Shown here piece after piece: positions 31,638 through 32,000 of a DNA stretch of 32,000 bases. Every line of letters starts with the position of its first letter. Position 1 is the first letter of the stretch. Source of the stretch: Tepidisphaerales bacterium (GTDB lineage: Bacteria > Planctomycetota > Phycisphaerae > Tepidisphaerales > Tepidisphaeraceae); the NCBI GenBank assembly GCA_046299715.1, contig JBKBHU010000007.1, positions 123,464 to 155,463 on the forward strand. The letters run 5' to 3'. The notes below the pieces were generated by a model. It searched no databases. It saw only the letters and a program-made list of their open reading frames with translations, and was not told where the DNA came from. The translations under genes and the position numbers were made by a program.

Positions 31638-32000
31638 TCACTTCAGCTCGGCCAGCCGGCGCGAATCCTCCCGGAGCCGCGCCATCGCGTTGTCGTCCTT
31701 CGTGTCGTAGAGCCCGCGCACCCGTCCGCGCGCGTCCACCAGAATGAACTGGTCCGAATGCGGGAGCAGCGCCATCGGGTCGGTCTCCACCTGCGTGTTC
31801 GGCTCGTTGTTGCGCGGGTCCGCGGCCGGCCGGGGCAGACGCACCCCGAAGCCGCGCTCGACCGCGATCATCTGCTCCTTGGTCCCGGTGAGGAACCACC
31901 ACCGGCCCGGGTCCGCCCTGAACCGCGACAGGTACTCCTTGAGCACCTCCGGCGTGTCCCGCTCGGGGTCCACCGTGAAGCTCACCAGCTTGATCCGCTT
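31638..32000 (-). CDS. SCO1/SenC-family copper chaperone (thioredoxin fold); the 5' end lies beyond the right edge
   Basis: The frame is open to the window edge (KRIKLVSFTVDPERDTPEVLKEYL...WWFLTGTKEQM...HSDQFILVDARGRVRGLY). These are typical SCO C-terminal blocks. Confidence 0.8.
   Translation of the reverse strand, partial: KRIKLVSFTVDPERDTPEVLKEYLSRFRADPGRWWFLTGTKEQMIAVERGFGVRLPRPAADPRNNEPNTQVETDPMALLPHSDQFILVDARGRVRGLYDTKDDNAMARLREDSRRLAELK

Overview
This is a very GC-rich bacterial chromosomal window (by eye about two-thirds to 70% G+C). I see about 29 protein-coding genes and one tRNA-Leu(CAG). I found no rRNA, CRISPR array, transposase or integrase. The lineage is unknown. The gene content and the PilM-led cluster suggest a PVC/Planctomycetota-like organism, but that is inference only.

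Most genes are housekeeping: dtd, an MtaB-like methylthiotransferase, sdhB, psd-pssA, gltX, smpB, apbC/mrp, a PLD/cardiolipin-synthase-like gene, dapF, holA, aguB-aguA, and DUF420 plus SCO. Because stop codons are rare at this GC content, many long entries in the ORF track are antisense or off-frame shadows. I rejected those using third-position G/C bias and recognisable protein motifs. One real gene, at 1..785 on the minus strand, is missing from the track because it runs off the window edge.

The stand-out locus is a 6.3 kb, three-gene, co-directional module at 5427..11749:
- Gene 1 is a PilM actin-like ATPase covalently fused to a PilN-like anchor.
- Genes 2 and 3 are oversized single-pass membrane proteins whose C-terminal cores look PilO-like and PilP-like by eye.
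- All three are inflated by Gly/Pro-rich disordered inserts, and genes 1 and 3 share a PPGxPPNxPWPP peptide.
- No secretin, ATPase, platform protein or pilin gene is nearby.

Secondary observations:
- A G-skewed 467 bp divergent control region containing a canonical G4 motif and a 13 bp tandem repeat.
- A palindrome-dense, AT-rich spacer in front of a stand-alone sdhB.
- An 86 nt spacer that is 74% C between aguB and aguA, which also share their first 12 coding nucleotides.
- An in-frame 15 bp VNTR-like repeat.
- A roughly 60 aa insertion in GltX.
- A VOC-domain fusion protein with an internally duplicated C-terminal motif.
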